Positions 40,207 through 52,409 are shown, counted from the stretch's first letter. The stretch: DNA of 64,000 nucleotides from an uncultured Verrucomicrobiae bacterium (GCA_963706955.1 CAVPOC010000002.1:128001-192000); one strand, 5' to 3'. A program made the numbers and translations. The notes: generated from the sequence alone by a model not told the origin.

Positions 40207-40660
40207 ATGAATCGCGTCTACAGCGCTGCTTATCCGCTTATTCGGACAATACCTGGGGCGATTGCCCCATGCTCGTAGTTGAAGCCGCGCTTTTGGCGCT
40301 TCGGCAGACGATGGCACTTTGAGTCAAACTGACTCGGATACTTTGCGTGGTGTTCGGCGTCCTGGCCGAACACCGTTTCCCGGCGAGATGCCGGCCGGAG
40401 GGCACGCGCGCGCTTCCAAATAGCAACGACACGCCGAAGTTTAAGCTTTCTTTTCGTCGCGCCCGAGAGACGCACCTGCTGCGCGAAATTCTCTGGTTAA
40501 GCGCCAACGGCGCAGTCTCAATCGGCAGCCTGGGCCCACGGCCCCAAAAATATGAGACATCCACAGATCGAGCGCTGAAGGCACGCCTCATGGCTTCGGT
40601 GTTGCATTGCATTCAACATGAGGTCATTGCGAAGCGCCATATGGGGCGAATGGCTACAGA
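40207..40660. repeat. Composite (BIME-like) cluster of palindromic repeats between convergent genes
   Basis: Inverted (40207-40300) and direct (40500-40591) copies of the 22252 three-hairpin repeat, plus a GGTGTTCGGCGTCCTGGCCGAACACC hairpin (~40349-40374). Confidence 0.7.
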
Positions 40661-40710
40661 GCCGCGCGCGACAATCGGGATATAACCGCTTCATCGATTC
40701 GATCGGCGCT

Positions 40711-42072
40711 TCACTGCTTGCCCTTGCTCCTTTCGGCGGCTCTTTTCTGATCCTCGTCGAAGAGCTTTCGCCAGTGGTCGAGGCGTTCCTTAACGCGCCT
40801 TTCCATGCCGTTCTCGCTCGGTTCGTAGTAGATGCGACCTTCGGGAAGGTAAGCCTGAGGAACGTAGGCGCCTTCGTAGTCGTGGCTGTACTTGTAACCC
40901 TCACCGTGGCCAAGCTTTTTGGCCGCCTTGTAATGTGTATCGCGGAGATGCTTGGGGACGGCGAGGGTGCGACCTTCGCGCACCTCCGCCGAGGCCTTTC
41001 CAATGGCCACGGTGCAGCGATTGCTCTTCGGAGCGGTAGCCACGTAAACGGTGGCGTGCGCCAGGACGAGCTGAGCTTCGGGCAAACCGACAAACTCGAC
41101 CGCTTGTTGCGCTGCGACCGCTACAACGAGAGCATTCGAATCGGCCATGCCCACGTCTTCGCTCGCGCAGATGATGAGGCGTCGCGCGATGAAGCGAATG
41201 TCCTCACCCGCGTAGAGCATTTTGGCTAGCCAATAGAGCGCCGCATCGGGGTCGGAGCCGCGAAGGCTCTTGATAAAAGCACTGATGGTATCGTAATGCG
41301 CGTCGCCATCCGCGTCGTAGACCACCGCCTTTCTCTGGATGCTCTCTTCTGCCGCAGACAACGTGATGTGAACCAGACCGCTTTGGTCCAGCGGGGTGGT
41401 GCGGGCGGCAATTTCGAGCGCGTTGAGGCACTTGCGCGCATCGCCATCGCTCACCTTGGCCAGATGGGCGGCAGCTTCGTCGTCAACGCGCAAGCGCAGC
41501 CCGCCGAGACCGCGTTCTTTGTCCATCAGCGTTTCCCGTATCAAAGTGAGCAAATCTTCGATTGATAGAGGTTCGAGTTGGAAGATTTGTGAACGCGAGA
41601 CAAGAGGGCTATTGACATAGAAAAATGGGTTATGCGTCGTCGCACCGATCAACCGGAGCAACCCGCTCTCGACATCGGGCAACAAGACATCCTGCTGAGC
41701 CTTGTTGAAGCGATGGATTTCATCGATGAAGAGGATCGTCTTTTGCCTCGTGTTCTGCAGACGGTTGGCAGCCTGGGCGATTACGCGCCGTATGTCGGCG
41801 ACACTCCCCTCCACGCCGCTCAGTCGCTCAAAGCGGGACTGCGTCGACGCCGCAATCACGTGGGCAAGACTCGTTTTCCCGACGCCGGGTGGGCCATAGA
41901 GAATGATCGACGATATTCGATCTGCCTCAACCGCGCGACGCAAGAGCTTGCCCGGACCGAGAATGTGACGTTGGCCGACAACTTCGTTCAACGTCCGGGG
42001 GCGCATACGCGTGGCGAGCGGCGCGTCCGGCCCAGCCGGCTTCTCGAGTTCTTCCGGAAAGAGGTCCTGCAT
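40711..42072 (-). CDS. rarA: Replication-associated recombination protein A (MgsA)
   Basis: PLATRMRP, GPPGVGKT, DEIHRFNKAQQD, ISAFIKSLRGSDPDAA and ASEDVG. Confidence 0.95.
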   Translation of the reverse strand: MQDLFPEELEKPAGPDAPLATRMRPRTLNEVVGQRHILGPGKLLRRAVEADRISSIILYGPPGVGKTSLAHVIAASTQSRFERLSGVEGSVADIRRVIAQAANRLQNTRQKTILFIDEIHRFNKAQQDVLLPDVESGLLRLIGATTHNPFFYVNSPLVSRSQIFQLEPLSIEDLLTLIRETLMDKERGLGGLRLRVDDEAAAHLAKVSDGDARKCLNALEIAARTTPLDQSGLVHITLSAAEESIQRKAVVYDADGDAHYDTISAFIKSLRGSDPDAALYWLAKMLYAGEDIRFIARRLIICASEDVGMADSNALVVAVAAQQAVEFVGLPEAQLVLAHATVYVATAPKSNRCTVAIGKASAEVREGRTLAVPKHLRDTHYKAAKKLGHGEGYKYSHDYEGAYVPQAYLPEGRIYYEPSENGMERRVKERLDHWRKLFDEDQKRAAERSKGKQ

Positions 42073-42261
42073 GGCTAAGTATCGTTCCGATCCTCGCCCT
42101 GCCGCAAGCGGCCAAAACGGCTCGAAAGGTGGCGCCTTTCTTAGACTAACGCCCTCCTAAAATGAGGTTGGACCTTTCACCTAGAAGGGACTGACCGCCC
42201 TTAGATCTTTTTATTGATGGCTGTTTGAGTATTGCGTCGCGCGTATTAGATTGTCGCTCCG

Positions 42262-42726
42262 ATGGCCATGAAAACTCTTCTTGTTCCAGTCGACCTGAGT
42301 GACGCAGCGCAACCCGTGCTTCAGAAGGCTGCCGAACTCGCCCCGCAGCTATCGGCTAGAATCGTCCTTTTGCACATCGTCGAGCCGGTCGCGACCTACG
42401 TGCCCGTCGGCGCGACAATGGATGTAATCGCTGCGGCTCCGCCGCCTGCGGAAACTACCGAGAGCCTTTCCGCACCCGATTCGCGCCTCAAGACGCTGGC
42501 CGAACCGCTCATCGCAGCCGGAATTAGCGTCGAACCGGTCACCCTGATTGGTTTGGCCGTCGATGACATTCTCGAACAGGCCGTGAAACATCGCGCGGAC
42601 TACATCATGCTCGGATCACATGGACACGGTGCGCTCTATCATCTCTTCAGCGGCAGCGTGGTGACCGGAATTCTAAAGCGCTCCACTTGCCCGGTCATCG
42701 TGGTTCCCTCGCGATCCCAGACCTGA
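42262..42726 (+). CDS. Universal stress protein
   Basis: LLVPVDLS and GSHGHG....GSV...CPVIVVP. Confidence 0.9.
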   Translation: MAMKTLLVPVDLSDAAQPVLQKAAELAPQLSARIVLLHIVEPVATYVPVGATMDVIAAAPPPAETTESLSAPDSRLKTLAEPLIAAGISVEPVTLIGLAVDDILEQAVKHRADYIMLGSHGHGALYHLFSGSVVTGILKRSTCPVIVVPSRSQT

Positions 42727-42727
42727 T

Positions 42728-43924
42728 CTACGAGACAGGCTCATGCTCGACGATGCGCACTGCATGCGTCTTATCGAGTTTCAACACACCGCGCGAGCCG
42801 TCCGGCAGACGAACTTTCGGGTCAGTGACCTTTTCACCTCCCCATTGAATGCTCCCTCCTTCAATGAGACGACGAGCGTCGCTTCGAGATTTCGAGATGC
42901 GGAAGCAGCATGCGTAGGCCTCGACAACAAGGCTCACGAAATCGCGCGATTCACCCGTCGGCGAGAAGACCGGCAGATCTGCATGCTCCAAATCCCTTTT
43001 GCTGAAGCGCTGCTCAAAATCGAGAAGCGAACTCTCCGCCTCGGCGGCGGAATGGAAGCGCGCGACCAGGCGACGAGCCAGCTCCTTCTTGGCCTCCATG
43101 GGATGCCGATCGGCGCCCAATTCCTCATGGAGCAGGACTTGGTAATACCGCCCCATCAAGTCGTCGCTAATGCTCATGAGCTTGCCAAACATTTCCGCTG
43201 GGCTTTCGTTTAGTGCAACGTAGTTGCCAAGGCTCTTGCTCATCTTCTGCTTTCCGTCGAGTCCTTCGAGGATGGGCAGGACCATCGCGACCTGCTGGGG
43301 CATTCCTTCCTCCCGTTGCAGGTCGCGTCCCACCATAATATTGAAGAGTTGGTCCGTCCCCCCGAGCTCAACGTCGGCCTGGATCTTGACCGAATCCCAC
43401 CCCTGCATGATCGGGTATTGGATCTCGTGGGCACGGATGGCCAACCCACGCTGCATCCGGTCGCGGAAGTCCTCTCGAACCAGCATCTGCTGAAGTGTCA
43501 CGCGGCTGTTCAGTTTAATGACTTCCTGAAAGCTCATGCCTTCGAACCATTCGCCGTTGAAGACGATTCTTGAGCGTTCCCGGCTCAAGATCTTGAAGGC
43601 CTGCTCCTGATAGCTCTGCGCGTTCTCCAAGACCTCTTCATGCGTCAATTGGGGACGCGTGACCGATCTGCCGCTGGGATCGCCGATTATGGCGGTGAAG
43701 TCCCCTATGATCAATATCGCGGAGTGACCGAGATCTTGAAAATCTCTGAGCTTTTCCAGCACGACGCTGTGTCCGAGATGAATGTCGGGTGCGGTCGGAT
43801 CAACCCCAAGCTTGACACTGAGGGGCCGGCCCTCGTTGAGTTTGGCTAGGAGCTCGTCGCGGTTGAAAACGCTCTCACACCCTCGGCAAAGACGCGTGAG
43901 CTGATCTGCGGGTGAGAGCATCAT
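42728..43924 (-). CDS. tyrS: Tyrosine--tRNA ligase
   Basis: GVDPTAPDIHLGH, YPIMQGWDS, GGTDQ, KMSKS and a C-terminal S4-like domain. Confidence 0.96.
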   Translation of the reverse strand: MMLSPADQLTRLCRGCESVFNRDELLAKLNEGRPLSVKLGVDPTAPDIHLGHSVVLEKLRDFQDLGHSAILIIGDFTAIIGDPSGRSVTRPQLTHEEVLENAQSYQEQAFKILSRERSRIVFNGEWFEGMSFQEVIKLNSRVTLQQMLVREDFRDRMQRGLAIRAHEIQYPIMQGWDSVKIQADVELGGTDQLFNIMVGRDLQREEGMPQQVAMVLPILEGLDGKQKMSKSLGNYVALNESPAEMFGKLMSISDDLMGRYYQVLLHEELGADRHPMEAKKELARRLVARFHSAAEAESSLLDFEQRFSKRDLEHADLPVFSPTGESRDFVSLVVEAYACCFRISKSRSDARRLIEGGSIQWGGEKVTDPKVRLPDGSRGVLKLDKTHAVRIVEHEPVS

Positions 43925-43926
43925 CC

Positions 43927-44460
43927 TTAGCGATTTTTGTTCAAAATCTCCCGGACCTGCTCGATGGTCATGTTCTTGTCGATCTGCTCGCTGAGCTGGT
44001 CGAGCCGTCCCTGCGCACTGCCCTGGGCGAGATACGGCGACGCCCTAAATGGCTGCTCTGGCCGAGACGCTCTGCGTTCCCCCTCATGAAACTTTCCCGC
44101 ACTGGCCGATTCAACGGGATAGCCGGTGTCTTTATTTCGAATAGAGCTCTTCGACCACAAGCTTGCCTGGTTCGACTCGTAAACTTTCCTACCGATCCAT
44201 GGATTCTTGATCCCAAGGAACGAACGGACGTTCGCATACTTTTCCGTCGAGGCTTTTTGCGTGTGAAGAAATGAAGAAGACCCGGCCGCTGCCTTCTTCA
44301 CCAGAAATCCTCCACTGTCGAATTTCTTCCCATTCATCGGGTTGATCTGCGACATGTCAGGCTTCGCCAGCACGCGCTCCAAAAGCTTTTTCTCATCCTG
44401 CTGCGCAAAGCAACAAGCGCCACTAAGACACCAGGCAAGAATCCACCGGAAGGCACGCAC
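43927..44460 (-). CDS. Hypothetical secreted protein
   Basis: Signal-peptide-like N-terminus; basic; operon position between the TPR gene and tyrS. Confidence 0.65.
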   Translation of the reverse strand: MRAFRWILAWCLSGACCFAQQDEKKLLERVLAKPDMSQINPMNGKKFDSGGFLVKKAAAGSSSFLHTQKASTEKYANVRSFLGIKNPWIGRKVYESNQASLWSKSSIRNKDTGYPVESASAGKFHEGERRASRPEQPFRASPYLAQGSAQGRLDQLSEQIDKNMTIEQVREILNKNR

Positions 44461-44478
44461 GATCGCAGACTATATTAT

Positions 44479-47400
44479 TCATTCATCTTTCGGCAAGGCG
44501 GGGGACAGAGGATGAGTGGTCAACATCTCGTGTGCCGCACGGCGGTCGGCCGGCGCGGCATAAGCTTCAATCACATCCTGGAGAACCTTGCGCGCCTCGG
44601 GGTGCTCACCCGACTGGAGAAGTCTTTCGACGTATGCTTTGGCAATCGGAAAGGATCCGGGATGCAATTCGTGAGCGCGGGCGAGGTCCCGCTGCGCGCT
44701 CGCCTCGGATGCGGTTGCCTCGGCTCGGCGCATGAAAAACTCGGCCTTTGCGCAACGCACCTCCCAGAGCGGGCTCTCGCAGGCTTCCCAGAGCGCAGTT
44801 GCACGGTCCCAGTCTGAGGATTCCAAGCTCTGCAGCAAGGTCCGGCCTGGCAGGCCATCAAGAAGTGAGGCGATGCTCTCGATCCAAAGCCATGCGCGCT
44901 CGTAGTCATGGTTTGCGAGCAGTCTTTGGGCAACCTCAGCCTGGAAGGCGCGGAACTGTCTTGGAGCAAGTCCGAATTCGTTGACGCGTGGATCATGTTG
45001 CAGCAGTTCGCCAGTTTTGAAGTAGTAATCAGCGAGGGCGCGTGCTGACACAGACTGAGGGGTATCCATCGCGCGGCGTATGCTCTCACGCGCGGCCGCA
45101 AAGTCGCCCTGCTCGAGGAATAGCTTCATAGCTTCGATCCATGCCGCACCCGAGCGCGCATCCACCGGTGCGGCGAGGAGATACGGTTGTGCTTCGTGGG
45201 AACGCCCGGTCGCCAGATAGTATTCAATGAGATCGAGATTCCTCTGCGGTTCGAGCACCGCGATGCGTGTGATGGGCGTTACAATCGCTTCGGCGGCAGC
45301 GCGTTTCCCGGTCTTAAACAATGCTTGGGCGAGCAGCAAGGTACGTGTCGCGTTCCCGGGCATGCCGTTTCGTGAGCTCGGCGAAAGTGCGAGCCGCGAA
45401 TTCGTAGCGCTGCGCATCCAGGAGCCGACGGCCAATCTGATCCCACCCCCGCTCGTTGAAATGCGCGTCAGTCAGATAGTTGTCCAGCACGGCCCCGACT
45501 TCCTCATAGCGCCCGTGCTGCAGCAGGATTTGAACGACGACCTCACCCGCCTGATAGTTTCCGCGGCCTTCTTCCCATTCTGCGTAGAGCTCGTTGAGCA
45601 GCTCGCCAATTGAACCGAATTTCTCGGCGAGTTCTTTGCGTAACGCGTAAAATTCAGGAAGCAGAGTCGGGGTGCGAAAAGCGATTCGCTTCAGTCGCTG
45701 CACCTGCTCACTTCGGACGGTGCTAGGCAAGTCTTGCTGGACGATTAAGAAGCTCCGAACGGCACGAAAGCGTTCCTCATTGGAGGCGGTCGGATTGTCA
45801 AGGTCGACGAGCACTTTCTTCCAATCGCGAGAAGCCGTGGGCGTCGGTCCTCCGGGCGATAATTCATTCCCCGACGGGACCTCGGTGGCATTGCTGTGCG
45901 ATCCGATTCGACCAGTTCCGGCGATCTCCCGAAGCTTGGCAACTGCTAACTTGCTTCGTGGCGGCCCGGTGCGAATGTCCCGCTCGAGCAGCGCCACTGC
46001 GTCTTGTTCGCGACCGAGTCCGAGGTAGAGTTCCACCATTGGCGCTGTAAACTCCGCCGAAGCGGCCAGGAGAGGGCTGGCTTCCAGTTCCGAGAGAGCT
46101 TCTTGGTGGCGTCCCATCTTCGAGAGAGCTTGGATGTGTCGCAGAAGCAGCGCTTTATTTAACGGTCCCTCGCGACCTAGACGTTCAAGGATGGTCAGCG
46201 AACGTTCATATTTTCCGTCTTCGTCGAGAATAGCGGCCAGCCGAAGCCCCGCAGTCTGGACAATAGCTCGCCCCAAGCCTGGATATTCTTCAGCGAGCAG
46301 CCGTTCAAAGAACGCCGTGCCAGGCTCCTGAAGCAGACGGGCTTGAATCAGGTTGAGAATTCCGGAGCGAATCCCTTCATTGCGCGGATTTCGGTCACAC
46401 AACGTCTTGTAAACGACCGCCGCGGCTTCGACGCGACCCGAGTGTTGAAGCCGGATGACGGCGTCCAAGAGTTCGCGATCGGTAGCCCCCCGTGCGACCC
46501 ATTCATTGAGGAGGTAGGGGATTTCGTGCGTTTCGGCGGAAACAAGCTGGTTGAGAATGAATCGACCGACGGTCGCGTCGCGGAAGTTCTCGCCTCTGAG
46601 ACTGAGCAGTGCAGAGTCTCGCGCGAGGTCGTTTCGATACAGATCACGCGCGAGACGATGCAGGTTCCACTCCTCGAGTTGGTTTCCGCCCTGCTGCACC
46701 AGTTGCGACCAGCTTTCGTCATCCGAGCTGCCGAAACTCGGAAACATTTCTGCGAGCTCTTCCGCCGCAGCGACGTGATCTCCTTTGAGGCTGCTAATCA
46801 ACGCGGCCGCCGCGCTCTCACAACGCGGATGCTTGGAGGCTTTCAGCCGGACGGCTATATTCTCTTCAAAGCTTCCTTTGTCCTGGTCGGGAGTAAGCAT
46901 CCACCGTGCGCGAATGGCAACAAACAGCGGTTCACCAAAGGAAATTGCCGAGGGGGCTGACTCGATCGCTTTGTCGAAGCGCTCAACGGCCTCGTCCGGC
47001 TCGCACAAAGCGACCCACCAACGCGCCAGCTCAATCCAGGCGGAGCAAGCCTGGGAGGCGGGCAGAGCGTCGGGCACGCTTTCGCCCAAAGTACACGCCG
47101 CGCGAAACAGATTCTTGCTTGCCAATGCCTCGGAAGCCTGCCAGCGCGTCAGCGCGGGAGCCTGGGCGAAGAGCCGAGAGAGGAACTCGCCGGAGGGGCG
47201 CCAATTCGCCTCCAGCATTCGGACAAGTGCGGCAAGGATGCTGTCCCACTTGGCTTGAGGTTGTTCTGAATGGCCAATCCAACGCCTGAGTGCGTCGTCA
47301 GCCTCGACGTCCATGGCAAGGGCGGCGAAGCTCTGCTCGAGCCCCGCGCTGGACTGTTCTGAAAATGTCAGGCGCTCGATTTCCAGAAAGGCAGCCGTGC

Positions 47401-50400
47401 GGTCCCCTGAATGAAAGGTTGCCCAGATCCTTTCGATAGGTTCCGAGAGTTGCCCGATCCATTCCTTCGTGTGCGAGCTATTCGCGACGAGTCGTCCGAT
47501 CTCGCGGATCGCCAGAAGCCGACAGCCTTCCACGTCGGCTTCCGTCGGGACTTTCCACGGAGTAGCCCGCGACCCGCTCGTGCGGACGGAGGGGGCTGGA
47601 GTCCGCAAAATTCTCTCCGGCAGAGGAATGCAATCCCTGTATGACTCCGGCTGTGGTCGTGTTTCGCGCAGGACTGCTTCCAAGTCGCTTAAAGCCTGCG
47701 CGCGGTCGCCACGCTCGAGGGCAAGCCGCCCCAGCCGCAGGAGCACCTGCGGAGCGCAACCGCTAAAGCGCGCGGCGGTGCGATATGAGTTCTCTGCGCG
47801 TTCGCTGTTTCCGGCTCGCTCAAAAAAGTCCCCGGCCGCGGAAAGGACCTGTGGATTGCGGGCGTGTCGTGCGGCCAGAGCTCGCCAGACGTTCTCCGCC
47901 TCCTCGCGTCGTCCAGCGCGCTCGAGAAAATCGGCATATCGAATCGAGGGCTGAGCATCCTGGGCGCCAGCCAGAAAGACAATGCGGCGAGCGAGGCGCG
48001 CTGCTTCATCCCAATCTGCCGCTTTCTCCGCCAGTTTTATCAATTTATCGAGTTCCTCGATCGAGTCATCGCTCTCCTTGGTTGCAGATGCTTTCAGCAC
48101 TCCCAGGGCTTCCTCGTCCTTGCCCTCGGCTGCCAGCAGCGAAGCCAAACACTCCTGCCACAAGCGTTCGTCAGCGGAGCTTCGCGCCCTCCGCTCGATT
48201 CGGGAGCGCCAGTCGTCTGTCATCCCGTGCTCGACAGCATAGGAGCCTGCCTCGTCGAGCAACTCTTTACGCGCTGGACTGCTCCCCTCGGTCGCACAGG
48301 CATTTTCCAAAAAGTCCAGTGCGCGGGTAAAGAGTTGGAGACGCGTCGCGGCATTGAGGATCGGCGTCCGCAGAGAGCGCCTCGCATCGGGCGGAGCAAG
48401 GTTGTATGCGCGCTGCCAGGTCTCGAATGCTTCGAACCAGTTTCCGCTCATTTGCTGCGCGAGAGCGAGATCAGCAATAGTTTGCCAATCCTTGGACTCG
48501 TGGGCCAAAGCTTGAAAAATGCGCAGGCCGTCATCGGCATTTCCGCGATCGAGTTCGAGGTGACCGATGCGTCGCCGGATTTCGAAGTGCCGCTCCGGAG
48601 CCATTTCGGCCAGGCGAGTAAACGCTTGAATCGCGCCGCCCGAGTCGCCTGAGTCGGCGAGTTGCACCGCAAGAGCTTCTTGCAAGGCCTTGGACTGCGG
48701 GAGCGCATCGAGCCCGCGTCGGAGCGCACTGACCGGACTTGGTCGATTGTTGGTCCAGCGCAACCATCGAGCCAATCTTAGCCAGGAGCCCTCCTGGCCG
48801 CTTTGTTGAGCATGCACCTCGAGTAGCTCGATCATCTCGCGAATTGCGGGTTGCAGCGACTCCTCCTGTTCCTCGGGCGGTGCTTGCCGACCAGATTGCA
48901 AGGCGAGAAAGAGTCGGCGATCCAGATCTTCACGAGGCGGCGAAGATGCCGAGGTCTGGCAAGCCTTTTGCAGGACCTCGACCATGGCTTCGGTTTGCCC
49001 GTCGGTCTGGAGCAGGTCGGCCAAATGGAGCGCGTATTCGGGTTTGGAGGGATCGTGCTCAAACGCCTTGCGCGCCCACCGGATCTCTTCCTGCCTTGTG
49101 CCGGCAGCGCTCAGGAGTTCGCTAAACTTAAAGGCGACCTCACCGGCCTCCCGCTCGTCAAGCCGCGAAGCTTCGAACCGCGCCAGACAACTTATCGCTT
49201 CCTGGTCCCGGCGCTGGTCGAGGTAAAAGCGCACCAGGTCGGAGACGGCCGGCAGGTCGTCAGGATGGGCGAGAAACGCCGCGGAGAGCTTCCGTTCCAG
49301 CGGAGCGGTCAGCTGCATGCGTTTGTAAAAATCGATCGCACGCCCAGCGGCCGTGTCGTCGTCGGCATGAGCACGCAGATAGTTCTCGATGCGCTCCTCC
49401 GCATCTGCCTCCTGTTCCATGAGTGCGCTTGCTTCGGCCCGCAAAAAGATGATGTCGCGATCATCGGGCCTGGAGGCGAGCACCTTGTCGTAGAGCGTGG
49501 CGGCCGACTGCGGATTTCCCAAAGCAAGATCGAGAGCGGCGAGGTCACAAGTGAGGCGAACATCGCTTGGAAGAAGTGTTGCTGCCCGGCTTAGCCACTC
49601 GCGCCGCTGCAAGTCGTCCCCTTGAAATTCGCAGAGCTTGGCCAGGCGCAAAGCGGCCTGAGGATCACGAGGATCGCTTTCGGCTTCGGCGCGCCATCGT
49701 TTCTCGAGCACGTCGAGCGAGTGATTCTTATCATGCAGACTCAGCAATCGGCGCCGGGCGGAGTCGAGCTGCCAGTGTCCCGGTCCCATCAAGTGAAGCA
49801 GGGCCTCTTGTGCGTCGATCGCTTCGGCCATTCTCCCGACTGACTCGAGCCGCAGCGAAATCTCCCCAAGAGCATTGAACCGCTCGCTCGGCGTGCCGTG
49901 CTTCGCAATAACTTGCAAGTGGGCGACAGCCTCGCTCCAGTCGGCAGCGCGAACGCTCGCCGCGGCCAGCCGTTTACGCAGCGCAAGGTCCCCGGGATCG
50001 AGGGCCACGGCACGGTTCCAAGCGGCCCGCGATCTGTCGAGCTCGCCAATCTTGAGCAAGAGCTCGCCGAGCCGGACCAACACGGCCGGATTCGGGTTAG
50101 TGGCGGTCGATTCCTCCAGCAACTTCGCCGCCGCCGCCAGATCACCCTCTTCCTCGAGGATCCCAGAGAGCATCTCGGCCGCCTGAACGCTCCCGGACGC
50201 CGCTGCCGCACCCAGCACAGTCTTGACCTCCACAGTGCGCCCAGCACGCTGCAACACTCGTGCATAGAGCACCGGCGCCTCCGCTGCCCTCTGCTGACAC
50301 ACGGCAATCAGCGCGTCAATTTCACCTGCTTCCGAATGGATTTTCCACAGCCGGTCAAAGGCGGTCTGCTGCATCGGGTTGGCGATCAGAATCGTAAGAT

Positions 50401-50494
50401 AGCGGTCGGCCAGCTTTTGTGATTGGGCGTCCAGGCCCAAAGCGACTCCGGACAGGCAAAGCCAAAGCCCTAGCGGAAGAAAACGCCGTCCCAT
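44479..50494 (-). CDS. Very large (~2000 aa) secreted tetratricopeptide-repeat protein, one frameshift (~45360)
   Basis: Signal peptide, repeated A..L.P TPR turns; ORFs 45314-50530 and 44479-45435 are contiguous in character. Confidence 0.8.
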
Positions 50495-50650
50495 CGGGCA
50501 AAAAGCTAGCGGATTTGGCATTTCCGGCAACTGGGAGACGCCCCGATCGACTGGTCGGCAGTCCTCAATTTCCGCAGAACGTCCCCGCCTGGACGAAACG
50601 TCAGAGGGTAAGGTCCTCAGGGCACCGGAGTTTCGCCGCTGGCAACGCGT

Positions 50651-51115
50651 TTAACGGGAGAGATCCGCCTGCGCCAGAATCTTGAAGCCGTCGCCTCGCA
50701 AAACCGAACTCGAGCAGTCACTGTCGTCGACGTGCATGACCAGAACAGCACGCCCGCGTGGGCGAACCAGCAAAGGGTAGCTGAAAATGATGTTCACCTC
50801 TGCCATGAGTAACGCCGAGAGCACTTTGCTGAGATCTGACGCGCCACCAGGGAGTTCGACCACAAGGACTTCGCACTCACTGAAGGGAATGTCATGCTTG
50901 TGAAAGAGTTCAGTCACACGCTCCGGATCGCTGACGATCATTCGACCGATGGACGATTCGGAGGAATCCTGAATGCTCAAGGCGAGCGCCACGATGTTGT
51001 GCTCGTTCAGTAGCTTGACGACCTCGAGCAACGCTCCCACCTTGTTCTGCAGAAAGACCGAAAACTGCCGCACTTGTGGGCTTTCGAGGCTTTCGGTAGT
51101 TCGCGTCGCCGGCAT
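50651..51115 (-). CDS. Tandem ACT domain protein
   Basis: VRQFSVFLQNKVGAL and AEVNIIFSYPL. Confidence 0.85.
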   Translation of the reverse strand: MPATRTTESLESPQVRQFSVFLQNKVGALLEVVKLLNEHNIVALALSIQDSSESSIGRMIVSDPERVTELFHKHDIPFSECEVLVVELPGGASDLSKVLSALLMAEVNIIFSYPLLVRPRGRAVLVMHVDDSDCSSSVLRGDGFKILAQADLSR

Positions 51116-51142
51116 GTTCGTAGAACTTCCGATAAGTTGCCA

Positions 51143-51607
51143 CTATTTATAAGAATACAAAAGACAGAACTGCGCCTTGTCGCCCTCCAACAGGGTCAGC
51201 TTCACATAGTAGCGACCGCTGACTTCCGGGACGAAACCTGCGGCCGCAACCTGCCCGTCCTCGTAGGTTTGGAAGTCCATTGGCTTGCCGATTTCGTTGA
51301 ACACAGCCACGGCAATTTTTCGTCCGGGCGGGTTTACGGCCGCGGAGAACCAGTATTCGTTGCCAGAAAACAGGTTTACCTCGAGAAACTGGGGGCGATT
51401 CGGTTCGATTTCGCCGGGCCAATAGCCGTCACGAATCTTATACCCGTCGTTGCTAAAGGCACCGGCGAGCTCTAGTGCTTTGCTGCGGGCACTGACGTCA
51501 GTCTCAGGGACCGGGGTCGGAGCGGGATTTTCCTGGGCGAACAACCCAGAAGAAAGGACCACCAGGAGCCAAATAGGGCAAAGCCAAAGGAGGAGGCGAG
51601 GAGGCAT
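51143..51607 (-). CDS. Hypothetical secreted beta-rich protein
   Basis: Signal peptide; AGAFSNDGYKIRDG, NLFSGNEYWF and SGRYYVKL. Confidence 0.7.
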   Translation of the reverse strand: MPPRLLLWLCPIWLLVVLSSGLFAQENPAPTPVPETDVSARSKALELAGAFSNDGYKIRDGYWPGEIEPNRPQFLEVNLFSGNEYWFSAAVNPPGRKIAVAVFNEIGKPMDFQTYEDGQVAAAGFVPEVSGRYYVKLTLLEGDKAQFCLLYSYK

Positions 51608-51614
51608 TTGGTTT

Positions 51615-52409
51615 TTATAAGCCGGTGGCGATTGCCTTTCCCATCGATGCCATGGCAGCGTGGAGTTGGGTGACATTCTCCTCCGAAGGCGTCTCCGCTT
51701 TGACGTAATCGAGGCACTTCTCCAAAGTGGCGCGAATCATTGCGACCAGCGAATCTTCTTTCATCCCTTGAGGGAGAGAGCCGATTTGCTCGAGAAGATA
51801 TTCGATTATCGCCGGCTGCCGCAAGAGCCGCGCGGCGTCAGGCGTGTAGGCGCGCTCCACAAGATCGCTGGCGAGTTCGGTTCCCCGAATCCATGCTCCC
51901 AAGCTGACCAAGGTGACAAGGTTGCTGTCTTTTTGCTCGAACATGTCGAGCTTGACTTCATTTTGCGTGGCTTCCAGCTCCTCCCGCAGTGCGTTCCAAT
52001 CGTTATTTTCGGCGAAATCGTTGATACTGTTGCCGCGACCGAGGACGCTTTGGCTGACGTTCAGTTTCTTGGCTAGATTGATGATCTCTTTGCCGATGTT
52101 TTTGACGCCCTGCCCGTCCTGAGCCTCCACGGCGATATAGCCGTCGGCAACGAGAGTGCCCAAGACGAGAGCAATTTGGGCGCGATTGGCAGTCGCTTCC
52201 GGGGTTCCCACGCGAACCAGTTGCTTCCAGTTTGGGCGTTCGAGCTTATTGATGGCGGCGAAAAACTCACCCGGCATCGGAATAGTCAGCGATTCAATGC
52301 GAACGGCCTGGTCGATTTGGCCTGAGGTCATGGCGCTCTCCGCGGCTCTCGATCCGAATACGGGGAGAGTGATGGTGGCCAAGACAAGGTGCCATCGAAG
52401 CCAATTCAT
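51615..52409 (-). CDS. Hypothetical secreted alpha-helical protein
   Basis: Signal-like N-terminus; IPMPGEFFAA, LGTLVADGYIAVEA and SLGAWIRG. Confidence 0.7.
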   Translation of the reverse strand: MNWLRWHLVLATITLPVFGSRAAESAMTSGQIDQAVRIESLTIPMPGEFFAAINKLERPNWKQLVRVGTPEATANRAQIALVLGTLVADGYIAVEAQDGQGVKNIGKEIINLAKKLNVSQSVLGRGNSINDFAENNDWNALREELEATQNEVKLDMFEQKDSNLVTLVSLGAWIRGTELASDLVERAYTPDAARLLRQPAIIEYLLEQIGSLPQGMKEDSLVAMIRATLEKCLDYVKAETPSEENVTQLHAAMASMGKAIATGL

